DNA of 47,902 nucleotides from Fistulifera solaris (Eukaryota): NCBI GenBank assembly GCA_030295235.1, contig AP026147.1, positions 744,001 to 791,902 of the forward strand, read 5' to 3'. Shown piece by piece: positions 36,277 to 47,902 of this stretch (position 1 is its first letter; each line of letters starts with the position of its first letter). The notes under the pieces were generated by a model. It saw only the letters and a program-made list of their open reading frames with translations, ran no database searches and was not told where the DNA came from. The position numbers and the translations under genes were made by a program.

Positions 36277-36801
36277 CTTACAAGAAAGAAGGATGAAGAC
36301 GTGAACAGAGTGATGACAGGGGCAAAACGATTAGACAAGAGAAAGGGGTATCTTTTGCAACAAAATCGAGATGTGCATCAACTAAAAATTCTTCTTCATT
36401 TTCCTTGGCTGTTTCGTCGCGCCGATGGAAAAGGTTATGAGTTTCATGAAAGAGTCGTCATCCGTATTTCGCCACGACTGCATTTCAGTCATGATTTTTT
36501 TTGATCTTCGAGGAGGTCGTCGGAGACTGCAGCAAGTTTAGTTTTTGGCAAACCTGCTAAGCTACAAATAGCTTCTATTAACATAAAGCTGTTTTGAGTG
36601 ACATTTACATCGAAAACGGCTTGCGCTTTGCTGTATTCCTTATTTATCATGCGCTCAATGCGCTATCCGATTTTCGTCGCGACTGCATTATTTCAGTCAT
36701 GAGCCTGTTTTATTCTACGCGCAGACACAGGGCAAGTGAACAAGTAATGCCAGTTTAACTGTTTATTCTTTCCCTTGCCTTTAACTGTCTGTGTTTTCTT
36801 G

Positions 36802-38277
36802 CTAAAAGTTGAAATGGAAACGGGCGTTTCCACCATTGAAACCTCTATGATGTTGTGACCCAGTATGAAAGTTTTGACGGAAGAATTCGTGTGCAGAACG
36901 GGCTCCGTGTCCACCTTGATTGTCGAATACATTCTCCCCGCGGTCGTATTTGGCCCGATTTTCTTCATCACTCAGTACTTCATAAGCTTCAGAAATATCT
37001 TGGAATTTCTTCTCCGCCAGTTCTTTGTCCTCGTTCTTATCAGGATGCCATTGAAGAGCGAGCTCGCGGTAGGCCTTCTTAATCTCTTTCTTACTCGCGT
37101 TTCGAGACACACCAAGTATTTTGTAATAGTTCTTCTCCTTTGATTGTTTCAGTGCAATCTGAGCGTCCCTTAGTTTTTGCTTTGCTGTTTGTTGTTCTTG
37201 GACCCGATCTTCCGTTACTTCTACGGCACGCTGGAATGTTCGAACCGCTTCTTCGTATTTTTCTGCATTCTGCTGAATCTCACCCAAAGCCCAAAGAGAT
37301 TCAGTCGTTTCACCCGAGTCCTCCACATGAGCTTGCGCCACTTTGAGTGCACGTGCATGATCACCGGCTTTTGAGTACGCACGAGCAAGTGGAATTTGAA
37401 GAGACCTTGCAAACGCCGTGTGTGTCTCATCGACCGCAATGGCTTGCAACCAGAACTCAACAGCTTCCTTGTATTTTCCGTCATTGAAGGCGTCGTCTCC
37501 CTTCTTCTTCTTCTTTTCAGTAGTCTTCAATGCCTTGTGCCCCTTTTTACATTCCTTGTGCTCTGGATCCAGTTTAAGGCCTTCTCGATAATGCAAAATC
37601 GCTTGTTCGTGTTCTCCTAATCTATGATAAGCTTGTCCTCGCAAGTGATATGCCTCCAGGTGCTGTGCATTCTGTTTGAGTAGTTTGCCGGTGTCGCTAA
37701 TCGTACCATAATAGTCTCCCAAATGAAAAAGGCTTTGCGCTTTCGGCCAGCGCAAATCGTCGCCTACCTCTACCATTCCTAGTGCTTGTTCATAAAAGAA
37801 AACAGCAGATTTGTAGTCACCCTGAACAAAGGCAGCGTTGGCTTCCTCCATAGCTGCCTGACAGTCTGTCGCCGTTTTCATTTCCTTATAGAAATCTGCA
37901 GATACCTCGCCGCTGTGCTCGCTCAAGTATTTCTGATACTCCCCTACGGCTTGCACGCATTGACCCAGTTGCACTAACAATCTCGCTTTCATCGGCAAAT
38001 ATGTCTTGTCAAGTTCCGCCGCATTGCGAATGTCGTTTAAGGCAGTGTCGTACTGACGCTGTCTGCTACGCACTTTGTACAGCTGATAATGATTAATTGC
38101 TTCATGCGGCTCTTGAGATACAGCTTGCAAGAGATATTTAATGGCTTGAGGGTAATCTCTCGACTGTGCGACGGCTTCTTCTGCTGCGCGTCGTAATTTA
38201 CCCGCGCTCCATTCCTCCGTTACTTGTGCGCTACTCACAGCGATTAACAATAGTTGTACAAGGAGACGAGAGATCAT
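36802..38277 (-). CDS. DNAJC3: DnaJ homolog subfamily C member 3 (P58IPK-like, TPR plus J domain)
   Basis: Signal peptide, multiple TPRs, [21 protein letters not shown] and [14 protein letters not shown]. The ORF is intact. Confidence 0.93.
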   Translation of the reverse strand: MISRLLVQLLLIAVSSAQVTEEWSAGKLRRAAEEAVAQSRDYPQAIKYLLQAVSQEPHEAINHYQLYKVRSRQRQYDTALNDIRNAAELDKTYLPMKARLLVQLGQCVQAVGEYQKYLSEHSGEVSADFYKEMKTATDCQAAMEEANAAFVQGDYKSAVFFYEQALGMVEVGDDLRWPKAQSLFHLGDYYGTISDTGKLLKQNAQHLEAYHLRGQAYHRLGEHEQAILHYREGLKLDPEHKECKKGHKALKTTEKKKKKGDDAFNDGKYKEAVEFWLQAIAVDETHTAFARSLQIPLARAYSKAGDHARALKVAQAHVEDSGETTESLWALGEIQQNAEKYEEAVRTFQRAVEVTEDRVQEQQTAKQKLRDAQIALKQSKEKNYYKILGVSRNASKKEIKKAYRELALQWHPDKNEDKELAEKKFQDISEAYEVLSDEENRAKYDRGENVFDNQGGHGARSAHEFFRQNFHTGSQHHRGFNGGNARFHFNF

Positions 38278-38735
38278 GATGTTTTTATGGGAGGTGTTAA
38301 TTAATGTAATGTAACAGGGCTTGCTTTTTCCTTGTTGTTGTCCTCTTCTTGTCGGTCTTCGCGGTCAGCGGTCACAAACCAAAACCGAAACAATAACGCA
38401 ATGAAAATAACAGCGACTGATTGATTATGAATCCGGTACTGCATCTACACTTTGATGAATACAGTAAATATCCGTTGGTAGAAATACGTATAAATGTGAG
38501 TCGTGGAGAGATAACAAGCGTGACGCGTGGAGACGCTCTGCTCTGACGTCAACGTCAAAAGTAGTTCAGACTTTCTTGCTAAGGCGCTCCTATCGAAAGG
38601 TAATATAAAACACCCGAGACAGCTTTTAACCGAAAAAGATTTTTTCTTATTGCGTAATTATGTAAATTTAAACCATATTTATCAGAGGTCGGCACCGGCT
38701 AGTTTCAATTAAATTGGTTTGCCATCAAAGAGTCG

Positions 38736-41700
38736 CTAAGCAAGTCTGTTACCGCACGATGGATCTGACCAACATGCTTGGCTTACTTTTTCGACCGAAT
38801 TGACAGGTGCACTCGACCAAAATGAAGACGTGGGGGCCGATTCTTTAGTCGGAAGGTCGTCTTTCACCACCACTGGCTCTTTTACCGCGACGGTGCGAAA
38901 GAATGTTGACACAGTTTCCAAGCAATCAGAAGAAGAAGATAAAGTGACTCCAATGGTCGGTGTTTTGTTCTGCCATGCATTCGATTCTGGATTCACCGTA
39001 AAGCTCTTGAATGGAGCTTTTTTGGCCGGAATATTAGGAGCGACACTTGACGGAACAGGAGGTCGCATACAAGGCAAAGACACTCCCGCCCAGACGGCAA
39101 GAATGGCCAAGGGAATCACACCAGCCAAGAAAACTTCCTGATGTTTCTGTTTCGGAGGATCGGATATGGGAGTAACGATGTCCATTGTAGGCAAAATCTT
39201 TATATCAGCCTGACCGTGGGATGCCAAGAATCTCTGCACACTACGCTCAACGCTCATGACTAGATCCTTCGCCTTGGAGTCCGACAATCGCTTTTCTTCT
39301 TCGGCACGAAGAACGGCTATCTCGGACTTGCGCTTGGTTTCAGCAATAGCTATCTCAAGTTGCCCGATCTTCTTTTGCCATTTTGATTCGTTGAGGCGAT
39401 TCTCTTCGTCGGCTTTGCTCAGGCACGACTGCAAAAACTCGGCTACTTGATTTGACACCTGTAATCGACCTTCGACTTCAGCTAGCTGTCGCATCAAATC
39501 GTCAACTTTCATAACATGATCACGATTGTTTCGATCCTTGGCTTCGATTTCCTCTTCTTTCAAGCGTAGCAGCATCGTCAAGTTGTTCAGCTTGGCTTCG
39601 AGGTCCTTTCTCTTCTCCTTCAGTTCACGTTTCTCCTCTTCGACGGAAGACAGGGTTGTTTGTAGTGTCTCTACCTGGCGAACGCTTTCTGTCAATTGAG
39701 TTTCCATTTCGACTATTTTCTTTTGAGAACGTGCTTCGCTTATCCGCTTCTCCTCCTCAAGTCTGCTAGAGCAGGTTCGACTAAATTTAGTAATCTTGTC
39801 GGACTCCGCAAGCTGACCCTCAACCTCAGCAATATGAGCAATAAGCTCTTCCATTTTGGCCGCTTGCTCGCTAAGGCTCTTGTCTTTGGCAGCAATTACT
39901 TGGTCCTTTTCAAGCAACTGGCTATGAAACAGTTCGAGTTGAGCTGTGAGCTCTTCGAGGCGGGAGGCGTGTGTTGAGCGTAACTCCAGGGATTGGTTGA
40001 GATTCACACGTAGTAGCTGAACCTCTTTAGTCGAGTCTAACAACCGCGAATCGAGGTCATGAATTTGCTTTTTAAGATCAGCCTCCAACTTTTGCTTCTC
40101 TTCTTCTATAGCGTTGATTTTGTGCTGAGGAGACGAGGAATCATTCTTAATCTCAGCCAGGGCCGTTTCCAGTGTCGTCACTCGCTGCTGAAAAGTTTTT
40201 AACTCTGCTTCCAACTTCACACATTGTTCACCACGCGCTCTGTAAAGCTCGGCCTCTTCCGCGTGCTCGGCAATGAACTTTGCAAGCTCCGCCATAGATG
40301 CTTCAAGTTTATCAGCAAGGGACTGCTCCGTCTGCTGGGCTTGCTCTAGACGGCTTTGCAATGTGGCGTATTCCGTCTGAGAAGAAGCTAAGTCCGCCTC
40401 CATACCGGCCATCAGATTCGTCAGCTCAATAATCTTAGCCTCTAGCGCACAACTGACGTCGTCCGAGACATCTGGCTGCGATTCGAAGTCGTCTAATTCC
40501 TTTTGAAGGCAAGCCATCTGATTCTCAAAGACCTTTACAGTTCGATCATGCGATTCGCTGTCCTCCACTGCTTTCTTCAAAGCTTCTTCCTGAAAAAGGC
40601 ACTTTTCTTCGGCTGATTGTAGAGACACCTTGAGTTCTGCAACCTCATTCTCGAGAACGTCAACTCGTGCTTGAAGCGAAGGTGCATCGTTTTCTAGTTC
40701 AGCCTGTCGAAACATCTCGTTTAACTGCGAGAGTTGTTGCTCTAGTTCAATTGACTTTTGTTCCGCAGACTCGAGTGCTTGTTGCATTTGGTGGACATTT
40801 TCTTTCGACAAAATCGCTTCTTCTTGCGACGCTTCAAGCCTTGATTGCAGGTCTTGGATAATCGTCGAATTTTTTTCACCTGACGATTGGAATGCTTCCA
40901 CAAGTTGCTTTTGCAAATCGTCGATTTTTGCATCCGAAGCTTCCTTGTCGTCAAGAGCTTTTTCAAGCGCCACTTTTGCCAAGCCAGCAACCTGGTCTAT
41001 TTCCGCTAGTCTTGATTCCAGGTCTGCGATTTGATTCACCATTGTAAGTCTAACAGCTTCTGCTTCACGATATGCTTCCTCTAATCGTCCCTTCATTTCT
41101 TCGAGTTGCGCTTTATGATTAGATAGCTCTTTTTCCGTGTCTTCTTTTATCTCCAATGTCTCTTCTTGTTGCGCGCGAAGTTCGTTGAGGGCGTTTTCCG
41201 AAGCTTGAAGTTCGACTCCTTTCTCTGACAGTTGCTCAATTAAATCTTGAATTTGGGCTTTCAGCTGTTCTCGCTCTTCTTCTCGTTGACTTTGAGCTCT
41301 CTCAAGACTGGCACACGAGTCCACAAGCTGTGCTTTGAGATCGTCAATCGTTTTCTCTAGCAGAAGTAGATTTTCCTCTGCGACTTGCTTGGCCGACCTG
41401 ACTTCGTCCAAAACATCTGCCGAATCTTGTGCTTGTTTTGATACAGAAGCAACTTTCTCTTCCATTTGCTGAATGTGAATGTTACGTTGCTCCAGAGTCC
41501 GAGTAAGAGAGTTGGCATGCTCTACGGATGCTCTCAACTCTGATTCTTTTGCTCGACTTGTTCCTCCAAAGCGTGCAGGTCGGACTCCAAGTTTGCAAGC
41601 GCCGTCTGCTTTCTCGCTAATTCTTCTTGCGCGAACGCGTACGCCGAGCTTGTCTCTGTCAACTTGTCTTCCGTAGATTTCAAATGAGACTGTAGGCTGG

Positions 41701-42718
41701 TGACGTCGGAAGTCAAGGATGAAATTATACTTTTGTTCGAAAGCGCGGCACTCTCCATGCTTTGTAGTTCGGATTCTTTTGTCGCCAGAGTCGACTGCAG
41801 CATACCCAGCTCCTGCGACAACTGATTTTTAGCTGCAGCTTGCTCCTGAACTGACAATTCAAGTCGGTCAATGTTTCTTTTCGTCTCTTCTAATGCCGTC
41901 ATCGTATCCTTCAAAGCAGCTTCTTTTCCCTCGAGTCGTCTTGCCAGGGTATCACGCTCTTCTTCCGCCGAACGAGCCAAGAAACGAAGATGCTCGATGA
42001 AACCTTCTTCTTCAGAGCCCGAAGCCCCCATCACCCGATTCTTGCTTTGCTGCAAATCCGCAAGCTGCGTCGCGAGCTGAACAATTTGTGTGGCTTGATC
42101 GAGATTTTTCTTTTCCAACAAGGCGATTTTGTCATCACGGATCTTTTGAACTTGCTTAAGCTCTATGATGTGCGAATCTAGCCTTACTTTCTCTTCAATC
42201 AAAGATCGTTTTTCTTCTTCGGAGTGGGAAAGGTGTTCTTGCAAGAAGTCTGTAACATTACTGCTCATCGGAAGTTGGCGTTGAGGCTCGGTCGTCAGGA
42301 AGCTAGAACCATTTGGAGCTGAATGTTCTGTAACCAGCTTGCTTTGACTCAGAAGAGTTTCCATGTGTGATAGCTTTTGCTCTAGCTGTTTCCTATCGGC
42401 AACGACAGCCAAGTCGCCGTTTTGAAGCGCCTTCAAAGTATCCTGATAGGAACCGTCTATTTCTTGCCCGAGCACCTCCATTTGCAGGATGAGCTCTTGA
42501 ATTTTGACTGACTTCTTCTCCAACTCGCTTTCAAGAGATCCGATGCGGGAATCTTTGCTTTCTAACTGCCGAAGTAGGGCGTCGAGTTCGGTCGACAAGT
42601 CATCTTCGTCGCGCACTTCCATGCGACTTTTCAAGTTATCCAATTGCTGGCCTAGTTCTTTCGCCTTGGCTTCTTGCTGCATACGCCGAAGCTGCAAGGA
42701 AGGTGAGACTGTAGCCAT
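38736..42718 (-). CDS. Long coiled-coil protein (~1330 aa) with a TM helix near the C-terminus (frameshift near 41548)
   Basis: The 394-aa and 933-aa heptad-rich ORFs abut at an A-run. TM VFLAGVIPLAILAVWAGVSL is followed by a ~110-aa Pro/Ser-rich tail. Confidence 0.8.
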
Positions 42719-43389
42719 TTCGTCTTCTTTTGCAATGAAATGGGATGTGTGTTATGATGTCAACAAGGACTTAAATATGTCGGAAGATGTTTCGATGCCT
42801 GATCTGCCGCTGAAAACGTTCCGCTGACAGCCAACTTGGGTGATGACCGCGATCTTTCCATCTCTTCCATCTCTTTGTTCGCCGAAAACGGCGTATCAAA
42901 GAATGTAGCCCTACTATCTCACTGGGCCTCATTGAACGAAAATATTTTAGGTACTGACTGGCTTTTCTAGAAGCCCAAGAAATTTGTTAAGTGTTATTCA
43001 CTTTCCGTTTGAATGAAGAGTGACTATAGTCAAGATAGAGGGGCAATAGTCTACAAGTCGTATTTAGAGCTCAGAGCGCAGAAGGCAGGGTCATTAAGGG
43101 TATCGTGAAAATTGTAGAGGGTAAAGTTAAAAGCATAATTGTGAAACGTGATCGATAAGATTACAGTAGCCTACTCTATCGGTCTTTCTGGTCATTATTC
43201 TGAAAGGTGAAAGGCACTCGAACCTCGAACTTTGACATCGAACCGCAAATAATAATCATCGCACCTCATCGCTGTCCTTTCTCGAAAAAGTCACTTGTAT
43301 TGTCGTGAACGCTTTCAACAACAACAAAACCGAAAGCATTATTGATTTATCAGTCGGCGAGTAACAAAAGCAAGCGGATACATTCAGCA

Positions 43390-45992
43390 ATGAGTTCTCG
43401 AAGCGATGGCCAGCTGCTTCAGCAGTTGCAGCAATTGCAAAAAGAATTGGCACAGAAGGAAGTCGCCTTGGGTCAACAAGACAGTCTCTGCAAAGATCAG
43501 GCGAACAAGATCGAGGAGTTGGTCAAACAGATGGCTGAAATGGAAGATCATTTGAATCACAGCTACAATCAGACGCTCGAGTCTCTCTATGCGGGCATGA
43601 TGCAGGCAAAGAGGAGAAAGAAGAGCTCATGGAGCAAATGGCCGAACTGGAGTCTCAAGTAGAAGCCGCTAAAGAAGAGCAGGAAAGGATCCTACGCCAG
43701 CCGGCAACTACAGCAGAAGATTCTGAAGAACTTCTATCGCTTCGCGAGAAGCTTACCGACTTGGAAAAGCGCTTGCATGAATCGAATCAACAATTGCGTA
43801 TCTTGGAGGGATCGGCGAAAAAAGCGGAGGACGAGAAGCGCCATCACGAGGAGCGAGCCCTGACTCTACAAGCCGAGATTTTGAAACACAAGGACATGCT
43901 CAAAGAAAAAGAAAACGCTCTCGCCATGGCAGAAATGCGCGCACAGAAGGAAGCTCAAATGGCGGCATCTGCACGTTCGATTCAAGGAACTACCCCCGTC
44001 GTACAGGCGCCCGTATCCGGTTCAAAGACAGGAGACGAGCTTCATACGCGCATCGCTGAGCTAGAAAGTCGTCTTGGCGTGTCTAATAGAGTTGCAGACT
44101 TCTTGCAGAAAAGCTTACAAAAGGCAGAGGAGCAATCGCATCTTTTCAAAGACCAAAAATCTCAAATGTCTGCTGAACTCGAGACCATCAAGCGTCAACT
44201 TTTGGAGAATGCCGCGAAACTAGAAGAGTCGAACGAAAAGACCGACAAACAAGAACATCATATCCAAGAATTGGTCAAGAAACTCGAAGCTGCTGAAAAG
44301 TCGCTCAATTCCACTCAGCACGACCGCGAAGCTAAAGTTCAAGAAGCGGTCGAGTCTGCCAATTCCGGCCAAAAGGAGCTGCTCCACAAGATATCGCAGC
44401 TCGAGTTCCGTCTCACAGAGTCTCGTCGATTCGCTGAATTCGTTCAAAGTAGCCTTAACAAGCTGAAGATTGAAAAGGAAACAAACGAGGCCAAAAACAA
44501 TGCGACGATTGCCAACCTTGAATTCAAACTAAAAGAAGGAAGCCGTGTCAGTCAGTTCGTCCAACAAACCTTAGAACGAAAGACGAAGGAGTTTAAACAG
44601 CTGGAGTTGACTTCGATGGGCGAAAAGAAACAATTGGAGTTCAAAGTGGCCGAGGCTTCGCGCATGACTGTCTTCCTACAGAATAAGCTCCAGGAGATTG
44701 AAAAGAAGTCGTCCGCAGAAATCGCCAGTCTCCAGTTCAAGCTTACCGAGGCTACCCGCATGACACAGTTTCTAACGACGAACGCTAACAAGGTGGCTGA
44801 GAATATGCGAAAGCAGCGCGACGAAATGGACTTGCTTGAAAAACAGCTCGAGGCAACTCGCGGAGATCTAGCTGCGGCCAAGTCGGCATCTAAAGCTAAA
44901 GATGGTATTCTTTCTGCTCAAAGCGAAACAGTGACGGAATTGCGACGCAAAGTTGGAGAGCTCGAAAGCCGATTGTCGGTATCGAACCGTGTCTGTGATT
45001 TTCTGCAGACCAATCTCAGCAAAGCGGAAGAAATGAAGAGCATGGCAGAAATGCGCCGCGACGATGTCGAGAAACAGTTGTCAGTCCTCACGAATCAGCT
45101 GTCAGAAACTGAAAGTAAGATGAAAGCATTGTCGCAGTTGAGTGACGAACAAGCCAAGAAGATCGAAACGTTGATGAAAGAGATGGCAGATACAACCAAC
45201 AGTCTCACCCAGAGTCACAAGAGTGCCTTGGCTCAGTTGAATGCTGCGCTGGAGACCAAAGGTCAGGAAGCAAGAGATCTTGCAGCAAAAATCGCTCAGT
45301 TGGAGTTTCGTGTAACAGAGTCGCAGCGCTTATCTACTTTTGTTCAATCCAAAATGAAAGGATTGGAGAACGAAAAGAGCGAGCAGGCTGCAAAGTACGA
45401 GGCTGAAATAGCTCAACTCAAGTTTAAAGCAACGGAAAGTTCGCGAATGGCGGTGTTTGCTCAGGGGGCTGTTACGAAATCCGGCGAAGAAAAGAAGGCA
45501 ATCGAGGCGAAGGCAGCGGGAGAAAAGGCAAAACTGGAGTTCAACTTGGCCGAAGCAACCCGAATGACGACCTTTTGACAAACAAATTGAAGGATACCGA
45601 GAACACGTATCAGGGCCGTCTGAAAGACCTTGAGTTCAAAGTGACAGAGTCGAATCGAGTCTCCAAGTATCAGCAAACTTCTCTTGTCCGTCTTGCCGAA
45701 GAGAAGCAGTGCTTGATGGGTGAAAAGAATGAACTAGAATTCCAGGTAGAGCAGTTGAAGCAAAAGCTCGAAGAAAAAGAGCTAGAGCTTTCAGCCCGCG
45801 ATGACTATGCTTCTGACTATAAGAAGAAGATCAGCGATTTGCAAGCGCCAGATGGCAATGGCAGAAGGAAAGCTGTCGGTAGCGTATCGTATGAACGATT
45901 TCTTGACGAAAAGCTTGAGCCAGGCCGAAGAAGAAAAGAGATGCTTCAGTCGGGACACTAGGTCAAAGCCAGCGAGTTGTTGTGCACGTTAG
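43390..45992 (+). CDS. Repeat-containing coiled-coil protein, divergent paralog of the adjacent gene (frameshifts near 43594, 45573, 45842); possibly 3' truncated
   Basis: Eleven copies of an LE(F/S)(K/R)xxxSxRxxxF motif across four consecutive ORF pieces. ATG at 43390. Confidence 0.78.
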
Positions 45993-47788
45993 CGTTCGAT
46001 GTTTGCCAATCATTTACTTTCTCCAGATAAAAATATAGCTCTTCATAATCACTTGATACTCCGTTCAGCCCAAGGCAACGTAAGCAAAATCGGAACTCCA
46101 TGTTCTTCAATACATTGTTTCCAAAAAAGACCCGACTGTTGATCGACGACCTAATTTGTTGTAAAACAGAGCTTTGCCGTAGGCGTCGAGCTCAATAAAA
46201 ACGTTTGCTGGATCCATTCGGAGGGTAAATAGGACCGAAAAGTCCGGGCTTTTGTCAAATGAAAGACAAAAATGATAAATTAACGCAGCTGCATTCACAT
46301 GAGGTCGCAGTGTCGGTGCCATCAGAGCAAGCGAACCTGCTGCTTTTAAAATGGAAGCAGAAATCTTGACAGGCGTTTTCCCTTATCCGACTTGCTCGTG
46401 CAATACTGAATTGCCCCGGGTAGCTGGGAATGACGTGCGAGCAAACGACGCGCTTCTCTGGCATCTAATTCTTTCAGCTTGGCGACAACGTCATTAAGTT
46501 CTCTTACTCATCGCTTTCTGAGCACCAGCTACAGCACTAGTCCGCTGCATTTGTTCCGACTGACTGACCTTGCTGCTGGCACTTTTCCTGATAAAAATTC
46601 ATGTCCATCTTTCAATCAAATTTTCCAGATGCGACGGAATATTCAAATTGACGCGACGACGACAGCCGTTATGCTCGAAATCATTCATTTTACGAGTGGC
46701 CGTGGTTTGCACGTTTCAACATCGACGACGAGCTTTACATTTGCAACAACCCAATAATATCAATAAGGCTTGATGTAATTGCTCCTCTTTTTAATGCGAT
46801 ATTTGCGACAACACTGTCGTTCTCTGGACCAAAAGAATCGGCGCGGCTAACTTTGCTATCAACATAGGAGACGCCGGAGGCAGAGGAGTTTCTGCGTTTG
46901 CGGGCCGCACGGTGGCTTGTTACGACGATAATTGCAAAGAGGAAGTTCCTGGTATTGTATTAGAAAGTCTTCAATGGTCACCGGTAGGGTAATGAATAAT
47001 AAATAATGATTGATGTATGATGTATCATCATTCATCATCATCACTCGAAGGAAAAAATTGCGTGTCGTCGGTCGTCGCGTCTCATCGCATCGCGTATCGA
47101 TCATCGATCGCGTCGTCACGAAGTCGTCTGTCCGTGGGCCGCGCTGCGTCTAAAATAAGAAAGTACTAAGGGCTGGTTTCGCGAAAAGGAGCTCCGCGAT
47201 AGCATGCGCATGTACATAAAAAGACTATAGTGCAGGTTGATTCACGAAAACATTTTGATGACAAAAACCGCAGGCTGCAAAGGCTGAACAGGCTGGGGTG
47301 TCAATCGTTGTAATGTAAACGAGAAACCAAGATATTGTGAGATTATTATAATTTAAAGAGGCGGATCCAATGCTGTGAAAGTTATTGTCATGCTGGCTCG
47401 GGTTGAGGCGTAATTCAAGAAAGAAAAAAAACATGTCGGTGGCGTCATTATACTCGAAAGCGGATATCTAAAGCATGTCGACGTTCTAGCGGTTCAATTT
47501 TATGCAGTTGCCTTCTATTAAGCAATTGTAATGTACTGCTTGCGAATTGAACCGCTACTTTGTCTTTATGGGAAAGATACATGCACATAAGCGATGCTGT
47601 GAAATCCGCGTCGCATTGATGTCGCGGTGTCGATCGCCACGCTACTGACGAATAACCATGATATTCTAACATTATAAATAAAAGATAAGAAACGTTTTAA
47701 TGATGTGTTTATTATTGTCATATTCGCTAGAACAAAAGAAGCAGAGCATCCCGAAGCGGGAAAAATACTCGGAAGTGGATATCTCACG

Positions 47789-47902
47789 TTAGGGCTAGGG
47801 TTAGGGTTAGGGTTAGGGTTAGGGTTAGGGTTAGGGGTTAGGGTTAGGGTTAGGGTTAGGGTTAGGGTTAGGGGTTAGGGTTAGGGTTAGGGTTAGGGTT
47901 AG
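47789..47902 (+). repeat. Telomeric repeat (TTAGGG)n, chromosome end
   Basis: About 19 tandem units run to the window end with the G-rich strand 5'->3' outward. Variants are CTAGGG at 47795 and TTAGGGG at 47831 and 47868. Confidence 0.98.

Noticed and set aside
720..38277. Secretory-pathway genes forming a biosynthetic cluster
   Set aside because: They are interspersed with unrelated housekeeping genes (ATP23, TIM17, NOL6) and no core synthase is present.
43205..43240. GGTTCGAG T-loop-like motif on the minus strand (tRNA?)
   Set aside because: No T-stem pairing or cloverleaf could be built.
38800..45676. Antisense ORFs overlapping the coiled-coil genes (also 19636-21766)
   Set aside because: These are Ser/Phe/Cys-rich shadow ORFs expected opposite E/K/Q-rich coding sequence.
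720..45992. Programmed ribosomal frameshifting as a general explanation of the broken ORFs
   Set aside because: Shifts occur in both directions with no common slippery or stop motif. Homopolymer error fits better.

Overview
Eukaryotic chromosome-end window. It ends in a (TTAGGG)n telomere at 47789-47902 and has compact genes with short (68-86 nt) GT-AG introns. Gene families and style suggest a raphid pennate diatom, which is an inference I cannot confirm from sequence alone. Recognisable genes: GT92-like glycosyltransferase, RING/PWWP-like protein, ATP23, a LEG1-family secreted protein, a membrane-anchored JmjC/cupin protein, a single-domain globin, a SUMF2/pFGE-type protein, an S10 serine carboxypeptidase, two tandem TPR-like paralogs, a degenerate GT64-like protein, TIM17, NOL6/UTP22, DNAJC3 and three long coiled-coil genes. 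About 19 single-base frameshifts and one in-frame TGA break otherwise intact genes, mostly in homopolymers, so most are probably assembly errors. Best candidates for novel biology: (i) a secreted precursor with an 8-Cys, 28-aa peptide boxed by RxL motifs; (ii) a head-to-head pair of paralogous coiled-coil genes, one with an exact 900-nt super-repeat that appears truncated at the subtelomere; (iii) a phased array of palindromic CCAGA-AAA-TCTGG motifs; (iv) LEG1- and SUMF2-type genes best known from animals, plus a globin retaining the ancient B12.2 intron. All family calls come from motif recognition by eye; no database search was run.
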